Below, one piece after another: positions 46,575 to 56,047 of a DNA stretch of 62,443 bases (position 1 is the stretch's first letter; every line of letters begins with the position of its first letter). Source of the DNA: a virus (taxonomy: Duplodnaviria; Caudoviricetes). The position numbers were made by a program, and so were the translations under genes. The stretch lies in the IMG/VR virus record IMGVR_UViG_3300042890_000585, positions 1 to 62,443 of that record; one strand, given 5' to 3'. The notes beneath the pieces are model-generated. The model had not been told where the DNA came from and made no database searches. It saw nothing but the letters and a program-made list of their open reading frames with translations.

Positions 46575-47125
46575 GTGACTACACATTTGAATCGGAGTAC
46601 TGGGGTGATTGTTGCAATACGTTCGACGAAGACCAGAAGCATTACGTCTATGCGCGATTCATGGGGCTACATCAGGTTGGCTATGGGTTCAGCCTGTCAG
46701 GTAAGTCAGTGCTGGACATTGGAGGAGGCCCAACGTCCATGCTGCTAAAATCGAAGGGACTTGGCAGGGCATTGGTAGTGGATCCACTTCAGTATCCTCA
46801 GTGGACATACGCTCGCTACCATGAGCATGGGGTGGAGTGTCTTGTTATGCGAGGTGAGGACGTTTCACTCAGGGGGTTCGACGAGTGTTGGATTTACAAT
46901 TGTCTCCAGCATACAGATGACCCTGCGCTAATCATCCGCAACGCATTGCAAGCAGCGAAGGTTCTTCGCATATTTGAATGGGTTGATATTGAGCCACATG
47001 ATGGGCATCCACAGATGATCACGAAAAAGATGCTTGACGAGGCTATAGGACGTGAGGGAAAGTTAGTCCACCTAGCTGAATCAGGTTGTTTCGGTTTGGC
47101 ATACTTTAATATATACACACAATGA
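46571..47125 (+). CDS. Class I SAM-dependent methyltransferase
   Basis: SVLDIGGGP and FDECWIYNCLQH. Confidence 0.8.
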   Translation: MSDYTFESEYWGDCCNTFDEDQKHYVYARFMGLHQVGYGFSLSGKSVLDIGGGPTSMLLKSKGLGRALVVDPLQYPQWTYARYHEHGVECLVMRGEDVSLRGFDECWIYNCLQHTDDPALIIRNALQAAKVLRIFEWVDIEPHDGHPQMITKKMLDEAIGREGKLVHLAESGCFGLAYFNIYTQ

Positions 47126-47586
47126 AATTAACTACACCATACGAGCAGTTCGTTCGATCCATAGTGAAGCCGGGGCATGACATCTTGCTTCAGATAACGC
47201 CACTTCAGGCATCCATTCTCCACATGGCAGTTGGAGTGAGTGGTGAAGCGGGTGAGTTGCTTGACGCAATCAAGAAACACGCAGTCTACCAGAAACAATT
47301 AGACTTCGACAACGTGCGGGAAGAGGCAGGAGATATTCTGTTTTACCTGACTGGTTTGTTGAACGAGTTGGGCTTGACGCTTAATGAGTGCATTGAGGCT
47401 AACGTCGAGAAGCTGTCGAAGCGTTATCCTGAGAAACGCTACACAAACGAGGCAGCAATCGCAAGGGCAGACAAGCTGGACGTGGTGGATGAACCCGTTG
47501 CGTTGAAGGACGATGATGACTTGGCAGATATCAAGGTGGAGCGCACCTGTCGCATCGAAGATCCTGAGTGTGAGTCCTGCCAATAG
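47122..47586 (+). CDS. MazG-like nucleoside triphosphate pyrophosphohydrolase
   Basis: GVSGEAGELLDAIKK...EEAGDILFY...NVEKLSKRYP. Confidence 0.88.
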   Translation: MKLTTPYEQFVRSIVKPGHDILLQITPLQASILHMAVGVSGEAGELLDAIKKHAVYQKQLDFDNVREEAGDILFYLTGLLNELGLTLNECIEANVEKLSKRYPEKRYTNEAAIARADKLDVVDEPVALKDDDDLADIKVERTCRIEDPECESCQ

Positions 47587-47846
47587 ATCACATATGGGAT
47601 ATATCATAGGCTATATCGTGTTAGCAGCTATTATATTGTATGTTATATACGATTTAATGAAAGGGTTTGACGAGTGAACACACTTGAACATTACATTCAA
47701 TACAAGAAGCTGAACGCAACAAAGGTAATGAACGCACTACAACTCAACGGAATAATTTCTGACGAGTGCATCTTTCCAGATGATGTTAGGGATTCTGGTC
47801 AGGCAGTCTACTGGTTAGAAGATCATATGGGAGAAATACATAGATC

Positions 47847-48236
47847 ATGAACTGGGACGAATACGCATTGTCGATAGCTGAAGTGGTTGCCAAGAAGAGC
47901 AAAGACCCGTGGAGGCAGGTTGGTGCTGTGCTTTTAAGGCATGACAACACTGTTGCAGCTTGCGGGTACAACGGGTTCCCGCCGCATATGGAGGAGGACT
48001 GGACTGACAGGGACAAGCGTAGGAATTACGTTGTCCATGCAGAGCAGAACGCATTGCGTCATGTTAAGCCGCTGGAGTGCTACCTGCTGGCATCAACAAC
48101 ATTGCCGTGTAACAACTGTTTGAAATCGCTTGCATCGTACGGCATCAAGAGGATAGTCTATCGTGAGACGTATCCCACGGATGAATCAACAACACTGCTT
48201 GCAGCGGAATTCAACATTGCACTGATAAACGTATGA
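47847..48236 (+). CDS. dCMP deaminase (ComEB-like)
   Basis: SKDP..QVGA, GYNG, HAEQNA and PCNNC. Confidence 0.9.
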   Translation: MNWDEYALSIAEVVAKKSKDPWRQVGAVLLRHDNTVAACGYNGFPPHMEEDWTDRDKRRNYVVHAEQNALRHVKPLECYLLASTTLPCNNCLKSLASYGIKRIVYRETYPTDESTTLLAAEFNIALINV

Positions 48237-48454
48237 CAAAGGAAGAACTATGGAAGGTGTATAGCAACAAGAACCCATCGTTCAACGGACGTGGGAATGT
48301 AACCATGTCTGCAAAGGGACTGCGTAAGTTGTTCGATACGACATGGGATGTTGCAATGTATGACGGGGAAGAGGAAGGGGAAGACGAACCAAGATCATAT
48401 CACAGCAGCAGTGCTAATCTTGATGCATTAAAGAGCATCTTTGGAATGAAATGA
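48233..48454 (+). CDS. Hypothetical protein
   Basis: 73 aa, ATGA-coupled. Confidence 0.6.
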   Translation: MTKEELWKVYSNKNPSFNGRGNVTMSAKGLRKLFDTTWDVAMYDGEEEGEDEPRSYHSSSANLDALKSIFGMK

Positions 48455-48696
48455 TTGAGCCAAACATAGCGCAGAAAGCGGTTAGCTTTGTGAAGAGTGC
48501 AGCGGCATTCGTTAAGGCAGGTATGCCTATACGGAATAAGGAGCAGATTGAGGAGCGTTTGATTATCTGCAATCAGTGTGTTCACTATGATCTCACGGCA
48601 TTCGCTGGTGCTGGCAAGTGTGGTGTTTGCGGATGCAACATGGAACTTAAACTAGTTATGGACACTGAGAGATGTCCATTGGAGCATTGGGAATGA
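48451..48696 (+). CDS. Small Cys-rich Zn-finger protein
   Basis: ERLIICNQC...KCGVCGC...CPLEHW. Confidence 0.7.
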   Translation: MIEPNIAQKAVSFVKSAAAFVKAGMPIRNKEQIEERLIICNQCVHYDLTAFAGAGKCGVCGCNMELKLVMDTERCPLEHWE

Positions 48697-48840
48697 CAAG
48701 ATTAGAAGCGCAAAGGAAATCAAATGAGGACTATATGTGCGGACGCATATCAAAAGAGGAATGGGATTTCCAGTTTGAAGAACTAGGAAACGTGAGAGTT
48801 TGGAGCAAGGATGGTAAAATTCACCAACTAAAGGAGGAAC

Positions 48841-49041
48841 ATGAAAGACTCAGACCAGATAACGGAACTACAAAATAAAATTGACAAACTGATAGACACC
48901 TACATTGCAGAGTTTGATTTGCCATTGGCAAGCATGATTGGCATTCTGCAAGTTAAGATCCATGAGTTGATTGAGAATTCGATGTATGACGAGGATGAAG
49001 AAGAACAGGAAGATGATGAGGACGAGGAGGACGAGGAGTGA
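48841..49041 (+). CDS. Small acidic protein
   Basis: 66 aa with an Asp/Glu tail. Confidence 0.55.
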   Translation: MKDSDQITELQNKIDKLIDTYIAEFDLPLASMIGILQVKIHELIENSMYDEDEEEQEDDEDEEDEE

Positions 49042-49277
49042 AATACAATAGGCTAGATCAACTGGGAATCGTGATCACAGAAAATCCGATTGATCATATT
49101 GAATTTGATGTGCTAGATAAAGCATTGAAAGATAGCGGAATAGATAGAGACAAGTTCAGCGAGTACTTTGGGATGCAAACCTGCTACGAGAAAGGGTTGT
49201 ACCCGTGGGACGTTGAACCTGTGCTAGAAAGACTAATGACTGGAAAACTAACAGGAACACAACTTTACTGGGATTAA
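49038..49277 (+). CDS. Hypothetical protein
   Basis: 79 aa, GTGA-coupled. Confidence 0.55.
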   Translation: MKYNRLDQLGIVITENPIDHIEFDVLDKALKDSGIDRDKFSEYFGMQTCYEKGLYPWDVEPVLERLMTGKLTGTQLYWD

Positions 49278-49279
49278 TT

Positions 49280-49534
49280 ATGAATAAAGTAGATAAATTT
49301 ATGATGGAAGCATTGGACGAGATGTTCAAGCGTGTTGGGTTTGAAGGATTTGATAAAGAATTCACCAACCAAGAGGAATGGTATAGCAAAAAGAGTTGGA
49401 CAAACGAGGAGTTTGAGAAGTACAAAGAGTGGTTTGCGAATAGATTTGCTAAAGTATTCAAGTGTCATAAAAGCCTTGCAGAGAAGGAATTTTGCTGGTT
49501 TAATCTGATGTGGGGATGGAGAGTGAATGAATAA
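49280..49534 (+). CDS. Hypothetical protein
   Basis: 84 aa, overlaps the terL start. Confidence 0.6.
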   Translation: MNKVDKFMMEALDEMFKRVGFEGFDKEFTNQEEWYSKKSWTNEEFEKYKEWFANRFAKVFKCHKSLAEKEFCWFNLMWGWRVNE

Positions 49535-51389
49535 ACCTGCGTCAGTTTTACAGGCAATTAACATTGCCACCAAGGTTAGAGCGGAAGCTGAGAAGGATGA
49601 TATAAATGGGATCATTTATGCTGCTCAGTTTATACTGACACATTTAACGGATTCTCAGAAAAAGCAGGTTACACTGGACGAAAAGGTGGCTAGGCAGACT
49701 GTGCTTAACTTTGTTCAACACCTATTGAAGCACGATCAATTTGAGGCAGCAGCAACGATTCTGTGGGGTGCTGGAGTTTATGACTGGAGGCCACAGAGTG
49801 CAGCGGACACATGGAGGTGCTTATTTGAGAATGACAAGTTGCTAGTGCAGGGTGCTGGAGCGATGGGCAAGACGTTCAATGCCGCTGCGTGGTTCTTGTT
49901 GGATTGGATGCGAGATCCAGAGTATACCTGTATCAAAGTTGTTTCGCTTACTGAGGCACACGCGCAGAGAAACGTATTCGCTGCGATCAAAAACTTCTAC
50001 CGAACCGCATTGGTGCGTCCAGAGTACGAGGGCAGTGAGGATCTCGTTAAGAGCATTCAAGCCAATGACGATGACAAGAATGGCATCCATCTAGTTGCCG
50101 TTCCGAAAGGTGATAGCGGAACTGGTACGCTCCGTGGGTTTCACCCAAGTCCAAGGCAAAAGCCAGATCCTAAGTGGGGGCAAATGAGTAGGACACACGT
50201 TGTGCTGGACGAAGCTGAAGAGGTTCCCGCTGGGGTGTGGGAGGGGTTGCAAAACATCCTGTCTGCTGCTGATACAAAAGATTCCAAGGGACGCATCAAG
50301 ATTTTCGGTGCATCGAACCCGAAAGACAGGAATAGTGAATTCGGAAAGAGGTGCGAACCTGCGCGGGGTTGGCAGAGTGTGGACTGTGAAGAGGATTTTG
50401 AGTGGGAAAGTAGGGAGGGTTGGCATATCTTGAGGTTGGACGCGGCGAGGTGCGAGAACGTGCTGGAGAAGGAGATTGTTTTCCCGGGATTCCAGTCCTA
50501 CGAGGGATACATGGCATACGAGTCAAAGGGTAGGACTGCCGAATACTACACAATGGCCCGTGGATTCTTCCCGCAGGAAGGTATCTCAATGGCAATCATT
50601 ACACCAGCGATGATGGACAACTCGATGGGTAGCTTGCGGTTTATTGGGCCTGTAGTGCCTCTAGCGGCGTTCGATTTGGCATTGGAGGGGCGAGATCAGG
50701 TGGTCTGCTCATTCGGGCGATACGGACTCTGTGATGGTTGGACTCCGAGGGATGGACAATTCAGAGAATTCAAAAAACCAAAGACGTGTTTGCAATTAGA
50801 CTCGCAAATGCAGTTCCCGAAATTGGCAACACTAGAGCAGACCGCAGAGATCATCCGCTTTGCAAAGGAGATGAGGATCGGCGCGAATTGGCTATGTGTT
50901 GACCGAACTGGAAACGGAGCAGGAATCCACGATGCGTTGAAGTCACTCTACGGAAGCGAAGTCATGGGAGTCAATTATTCATGGGCCAGTTCAGAAACTC
51001 ACATCCTTGGAGATGACACACAACGCGCAAATGAATTGTATTCAGGAGTTGTTACTGAGTTGATTTTTGGGCTTGCTAAGTACTTAGAGTTTGAGTATCT
51101 GAAAATCTCACCGAGCTTCCGCACCGAGGAGTTGGTTCGTCAAGCGACTTCGCGGCGGTACAAACAGCAGGGGCAGGGTCTTGTGCGAGTCGAGAGCAAA
51201 GGAGACTTCGTTAAACGGACTAGGCAAAACTCTCCAGATGCTCTGGATTCCCTGTCCCTGCTGGTCTATTTGATGAGGCAACGAGGTGGAGTTGTTGCCA
51301 CGATGACCGAGCCAAAACCAGAAAAGTTTGTTTTCCAGAAAAAACACACTGGAATTGAAAGTTATGAATTCGTTGATTTCAGCAATTGA
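49527..51389 (+). CDS. terL: Terminase large subunit
   Basis: Walker A GAGAMGKT, Walker B VVLDEAEE, coupling motif ASNP, nuclease FDLALEGRD, VDRTG and SPDALD. Confidence 0.9.
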   Translation: MNKPASVLQAINIATKVRAEAEKDDINGIIYAAQFILTHLTDSQKKQVTLDEKVARQTVLNFVQHLLKHDQFEAAATILWGAGVYDWRPQSAADTWRCLFENDKLLVQGAGAMGKTFNAAAWFLLDWMRDPEYTCIKVVSLTEAHAQRNVFAAIKNFYRTALVRPEYEGSEDLVKSIQANDDDKNGIHLVAVPKGDSGTGTLRGFHPSPRQKPDPKWGQMSRTHVVLDEAEEVPAGVWEGLQNILSAADTKDSKGRIKIFGASNPKDRNSEFGKRCEPARGWQSVDCEEDFEWESREGWHILRLDAARCENVLEKEIVFPGFQSYEGYMAYESKGRTAEYYTMARGFFPQEGISMAIITPAMMDNSMGSLRFIGPVVPLAAFDLALEGRDQVVCSFGRYGLCDGWTPRDGQFREFKKPKTCLQLDSQMQFPKLATLEQTAEIIRFAKEMRIGANWLCVDRTGNGAGIHDALKSLYGSEVMGVNYSWASSETHILGDDTQRANELYSGVVTELIFGLAKYLEFEYLKISPSFRTEELVRQATSRRYKQQGQGLVRVESKGDFVKRTRQNSPDALDSLSLLVYLMRQRGGVVATMTEPKPEKFVFQKKHTGIESYEFVDFSN

Positions 51390-51432
51390 CTTGCTAAATT
51401 TAACAAAATTGATAAATAAAACAAGTTTTTCC

Positions 51433-51461
51433 TTGCAAACCTTACAAAACTGACGTAAAAC
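51433..51461 (+). promoter_or_regulatory. Candidate late promoter TTGCAA-N15-CGTAAAAC
   Basis: Same -35/CGTA spacing at 22319 and 58955. Confidence 0.35.
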
Positions 51462-51471
51462 TCAAAAATTC

Positions 51472-52053
51472 ATGGCAAAACCGATAATTGGAATGATCCC
51501 GCCGGGGGGTTGGCATTACTACGATGGTGATGCGAAACTCACTGGTCATAGCTATGACAATCTTCTTGAGGTTGTTACGAATTTCCGTGCCGAAAACCAT
51601 TTGCCAGTTGGTGACGTGGAGGGTGATGTCAATTCGTACATCTGTAGCAAGAACCCCAACTTCTGTCACGGAGTTGATATGGTAGTTGTAACATCTGTTA
51701 ATACACCTAGTCAAAAGACAGAGTTGCTAAATGACGTTACGATTTGGGCTAAAAATGTTATCAATTCTTCAAAAGAAGTAGCACTTGTATCCAGTGAGCT
51801 AGCAGAGCAACGCTCAAAGATTTGTCTTAACTGCAAACAAAACGTCCAATGGAAAAGCGGTTGTGGTGCTTGCGTAAAGGCAACGGAAAGATTAAGTGCA
51901 AGCATTAGACAAGCAAAAGAGACAAAGACATCCAAGGCACTGGGTGGTTGTTTGCTTCTTCGTCACGACAACAAATCAGCAGTTTTCATGTCCAGAGACA
52001 GCATTTCCCCGTCAGACAATTTGCCAGTAGATTGCTGGCTAAATCTCAAATAA
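51472..52053 (+). CDS. Cys-rich hypothetical protein upstream of the portal
   Basis: PPGGWHY, ICLNC, CGAC and PVDCW. Confidence 0.7.
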   Translation: MAKPIIGMIPPGGWHYYDGDAKLTGHSYDNLLEVVTNFRAENHLPVGDVEGDVNSYICSKNPNFCHGVDMVVVTSVNTPSQKTELLNDVTIWAKNVINSSKEVALVSSELAEQRSKICLNCKQNVQWKSGCGACVKATERLSASIRQAKETKTSKALGGCLLLRHDNKSAVFMSRDSISPSDNLPVDCWLNLK

Positions 52054-52054
52054 T

Positions 52055-54466
52055 ATGGCAGATACAACCAAACCAATTCCAGCAGAAATTACAAACATCT
52101 ACGCATCGAAAGCTGCGCGGATTATGAAAAACTCTGACAAGCAGAGGATTTCTGAATTGGAAATCGTTGATGGAAATGACACTGGTGACGTTGTAAATCC
52201 TGACACATTGCAGGTTAAACGGACTTTTAAAGACTGCCAGCAAGCGCATTCTGCATATCGACGCTTAAAACAACAGAATGTTGAGCGCAATCGCAAAAAC
52301 CAATTGATTCAAAAGAAGCTAAATAATGAACCTCCGTATAGTGCAAAAAAATTGGAAAGCATGGGTCAGAATTGGCGCAGTAATCGCCCAACTGGGTTTT
52401 TGTCTACGATGGTTAGCCGTTTACAACCACCATTTAAACAAGTAATCGAGCAATCACCAACACTTACCTATTCCAAGTTTCCAATGGAGGGTGTTAGCGA
52501 GGAGCAAAAGACAAAAGTGTTCCGTGAAGAGATCACCAAATGCATCAGAGGATGGAAAGGTCACGATGATCTAGTTGCACAGGTTACGCATGAGAATACC
52601 ACATTTGGTTTTTGTGGAGTATGTTGGGATGACGTTCGTGATTGGAAACCTGAGTTCCTTCGTCAAGATTATACTTTCTTCAGCATCGAGACTCCACAAG
52701 AAGCCGATTCAACCCCGATTTGGGGAAGGAAGCGTCGATACCAGATTGCGGAATTGCTTCCAGTGCTGGAACAACCGAGACTTTCTGTGCTTGCAGGTTG
52801 GAATATCAACAATCTGATTAAGGCAATCAATAACGCAACACCAGCGGGACGAACACTTGATTCCGACGATGACGCTCGACGTTACGAAGACTGGATGCGC
52901 GAAGGATCCTATGGAGCAAGCTACGAGAATGACGCGAAATATGTTGAACTTGGTGAGTTGTTGATTCGTGAACCCACTGGTAAAATTTCGCGTTATCTTT
53001 TCGATGACAAAAGCGGAGACGAAATCTGCACACAACTTGATCGGTACAACAGAATGTCGGACACAATTGCGCTATTCTCTGTTGAGATTGGTAGTGGTGC
53101 ATTGATGTCCAGCCGTGGTGCAGGACGCGATCTATACAACACGCATATTGCTATCGACAAAGCGAGAAATCTCATTGTCGATAACTCATATTTGCGCGGG
53201 ATGCTATTACTTAAGAAAGGCCCAACCGCTAAAACAGGCATTCCTCCGCTTCAAGTAATGCATCCCGTAGCATATGTGGCAGAAGGATATGACGTAGTTC
53301 AGTCCGCAATCCCTGCTGACGTTGAAGATTTCATTAAATTGGATCAATTCATGTCTGGATTAGCTGAGATTCAGATGGGAACATTCCTTCCATCATCCGT
53401 TATGAACATCACGGGTGGAGATAAGACCGCATCCGAGGTAAACCGCATTGCTGCCGTTGAAAATCAGATCCGCGAAGGCATTTTAATGCGATGGGTTAAA
53501 CAATATTCCAAGGCAGTCGAACGTATGCAACGTGGAATCTGTCATCCTGAGCATATTAAAGCTGCATCTGAGCTAAAAACACAGATTGATTTCGCTCGTC
53601 TTCAGAATCCTAACGCAATGTGGGCAAGAAAAGAGGTTGTAGAGGCATTTGAACAGGCACAATCTGAGATTCCATCGTTCCTAGTGCCATTTGAGATCCC
53701 TAGACACCTCGATGAAGAGGCAGTTTCGTGCGTTTTAGCCATGTTGGAGCGTAATTTACCTCCTAGCGACATTTTGCTGATGGCATTCTCTCCAGCAGAG
53801 GAACTTCTTCCACAAACCGAGGGTCAGGACGCTGCAATTCTTGATCTTCTGATCCAACGCTACACTGGAAACCCAAATATCAACCAAGATGAGCTAATGA
53901 AGCTTGATTGGAGTCGAAAAGTGGGTGAATCTATCGCTAACCAAGTCATCCTTCCGAAAGATCAGGTTGAGGCAGTGGCAATTGAGGCTACACGCGCACA
54001 GATTATCGAGCTTCAGAGCATTATCTCAGGTGAGGACATTCCAGTCTCTCCACGGGACAATGATATTGTTCATATCCAGACAATCATGGAGAAGCTATTC
54101 CCGCTCATTGCATCTGCTCCAGCAGGGTCTATGCCTCCAGAGATGCTTAAACCCCTACAATCGGCAGTACAGCACTTTATTGGTCACGTTCAGAACGCTG
54201 AAGCGAAGGGTGCAGATAAGAAGCAGATTGCCGAATACAAAAAGGCAGTTTCTGAAGCTATTACTCATCTTACAGCAGGACAAGCACCAATTTCAGAAGG
54301 TGATTTATTTCCAGCAGCAGCAGGTGGTGGTGGTGGAGGAGGTGGACGTAGACCATCGACTGCACAGGCCACCGCAATGGGAGAAGCAGTTGGAACACAA
54401 AATCCCTCACAAAATAACGCAGTCAACCAAGTTGCTGCACCACCTAAACCAGTAACAGCAGGATAA
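52055..54466 (+). CDS. Portal protein
   Basis: 803 aa after terL; KTASEV motif and RDNDIVHI with a helical barrel-like C-terminus typical of P22-type portals. Confidence 0.75.
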   Translation: MADTTKPIPAEITNIYASKAARIMKNSDKQRISELEIVDGNDTGDVVNPDTLQVKRTFKDCQQAHSAYRRLKQQNVERNRKNQLIQKKLNNEPPYSAKKLESMGQNWRSNRPTGFLSTMVSRLQPPFKQVIEQSPTLTYSKFPMEGVSEEQKTKVFREEITKCIRGWKGHDDLVAQVTHENTTFGFCGVCWDDVRDWKPEFLRQDYTFFSIETPQEADSTPIWGRKRRYQIAELLPVLEQPRLSVLAGWNINNLIKAINNATPAGRTLDSDDDARRYEDWMREGSYGASYENDAKYVELGELLIREPTGKISRYLFDDKSGDEICTQLDRYNRMSDTIALFSVEIGSGALMSSRGAGRDLYNTHIAIDKARNLIVDNSYLRGMLLLKKGPTAKTGIPPLQVMHPVAYVAEGYDVVQSAIPADVEDFIKLDQFMSGLAEIQMGTFLPSSVMNITGGDKTASEVNRIAAVENQIREGILMRWVKQYSKAVERMQRGICHPEHIKAASELKTQIDFARLQNPNAMWARKEVVEAFEQAQSEIPSFLVPFEIPRHLDEEAVSCVLAMLERNLPPSDILLMAFSPAEELLPQTEGQDAAILDLLIQRYTGNPNINQDELMKLDWSRKVGESIANQVILPKDQVEAVAIEATRAQIIELQSIISGEDIPVSPRDNDIVHIQTIMEKLFPLIASAPAGSMPPEMLKPLQSAVQHFIGHVQNAEAKGADKKQIAEYKKAVSEAITHLTAGQAPISEGDLFPAAAGGGGGGGGRRPSTAQATAMGEAVGTQNPSQNNAVNQVAAPPKPVTAG

Positions 54467-54473
54467 TAATATT

Positions 54474-54809
54474 ATGCCAGACCGAGCCAAAATGATTAGC
54501 CAACTTGCTTCCAAAGCAAAAATGGATCCATCGTCCGCAGTAAAAGAAAAAGACGTTAAACTTATGAAAAAAGTTGAACCTCTTCCAACTCCTAAAGACA
54601 AAGAAGCGGAAGTTGAAGACTTGCTTTCCGAATCCGAAATGGAAATGGAAAAGAAAGCAGAATATGCATCAAAAGAAAAGGCAAATTATGATCGCATTAA
54701 AAAACAAGGCATGAGCGACCAAGGCATTGTAAATTTGGATCAACTTGCTGCCGCTGGCAAAAAGGCTTACCGCAAGGTTAAATCCAAAGTTAAGTCGATG
54801 ATGGAATAA
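54474..54809 (+). CDS. Hypothetical charged protein
   Basis: 111-aa ORF. Confidence 0.6.
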   Translation: MPDRAKMISQLASKAKMDPSSAVKEKDVKLMKKVEPLPTPKDKEAEVEDLLSESEMEMEKKAEYASKEKANYDRIKKQGMSDQGIVNLDQLAAAGKKAYRKVKSKVKSMME

Positions 54810-54828
54810 AATATATTAATAAATAAAT

Positions 54829-55068
54829 ATGAAATGGGAAGAATCTGACGCATCACGTCTTCGTGACTACGACAAAAAAACAGGAAGTCGATTGCGTTTA
54901 TATTTACGTAGTCGAATTCCTTTCATAACGGAATGTTCCGTCGAAGGAGTTGCAATGCAAGCCATGTTGAAGCAAGGTTTTGAGATGGCATTGCGAGAAA
55001 TTGAAGATTGCGTAAACTCTTCAAATGATAACGCTGATCCCAGCGCAGGAAACTTCACGTCTATGTGA
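54829..55068 (+). CDS. Hypothetical protein
   Basis: 79-aa ORF. Confidence 0.6.
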   Translation: MKWEESDASRLRDYDKKTGSRLRLYLRSRIPFITECSVEGVAMQAMLKQGFEMALREIEDCVNSSNDNADPSAGNFTSM

Positions 55069-55102
55069 CGGAAAAAGTACCTAGTATTTACGTCAAAACT
55101 AT

Positions 55103-55354
55103 ATGGCAGAAATCAAACCAAGGTTCAGCAAAACAATCACCAACAAAGCAACTGGTCGAACGAGGACAGTTGAATACGGGCAAGCTGGAAAAGCCAAGGA
55201 TGGAAAGGATCGTATTCGACCCGGCACATCGAAAGGTGACGCATATTGCGCCAGAAGCGCAAACATTAAAGGTGATTGGAAAGATGATTCCAATAGCCCA
55301 AACCAGTTAAGCAGAAAAAAATGGCGTTGCAAAGGTGAAAAGTCTATGAGATAA
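55103..55354 (+). CDS. Small basic conserved phage protein (YCARS...SRKKWxC family)
   Basis: TVEYGQAG...PGTSKGDAYCARS...SPNQLSRKKWRC. Confidence 0.75.
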   Translation: MAEIKPRFSKTITNKATGRTRTVEYGQAGKAKDGKDRIRPGTSKGDAYCARSANIKGDWKDDSNSPNQLSRKKWRCKGEKSMR

Positions 55355-55361
55355 TAATTTC

Positions 55362-56024
55362 ATGGTTGAATTACAGAAATCTTATATTGTAGAAGGGCCA
55401 ATAAAAGAAGGCAAAAGAACATTCTATATGTGCAAATGCCCATCATGTGGAGATATTAGAAAAGTAAGAAATGACTCTATACACAGAATTAAAAGTTGTC
55501 ACCCATGCCATCACAAAACCACTAGGCCACCAAAACCTAATGGTGATTTTGAATGGTGCAATAAATGTAAGCAATGGAAAACATTTGGTGATTTTTGCTT
55601 TAGGAGTGATGGAAAAGTAAGATCATGCAAAGAATGCGAAAATAATTACAGATTGCAAAATTTACAAAGAATTAATGAATATGCAAAAAAATACAGAAAA
55701 AACAATATTCAGAAGTCTTTGTTTTACTCCGCTAAATTTAGAGCTAAAGAAAACAATCTTAATTTTGACATTGAATTAGGGGATATCATTATTCCAGATA
55801 AATGTTCAGTTCTTGGAATTGAAATCTCAACATCAAAAGAAAAAAACAATAGTCCGTCTTTAGATAAAATCATACCATCACTTGGCTACACTAAAGGAAA
55901 TGTAAGGGTAATTTCTTGGAGGGCAAATTGGATTAAAAATAATATGACATCAGAGGAAGTGGAAAAATTGTACCATGACTCACGCAAAAAATGGAAGTGC
56001 CGTGGAGAGAAGTCAATGAAGTAA
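55362..56024 (+). CDS. Free-standing HNH-type homing endonuclease with Zn-ribbon N-terminus
   Basis: CPSC, CHPC, CNKC and CKEC pairs; SPSLDKIIPSLGYTKGNVRVISWRANWIK; AT-rich. Confidence 0.85.
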   Translation: MVELQKSYIVEGPIKEGKRTFYMCKCPSCGDIRKVRNDSIHRIKSCHPCHHKTTRPPKPNGDFEWCNKCKQWKTFGDFCFRSDGKVRSCKECENNYRLQNLQRINEYAKKYRKNNIQKSLFYSAKFRAKENNLNFDIELGDIIIPDKCSVLGIEISTSKEKNNSPSLDKIIPSLGYTKGNVRVISWRANWIKNNMTSEEVEKLYHDSRKKWKCRGEKSMK

Positions 56025-56047
56025 ATTAACAACTAATTAATAAATCT

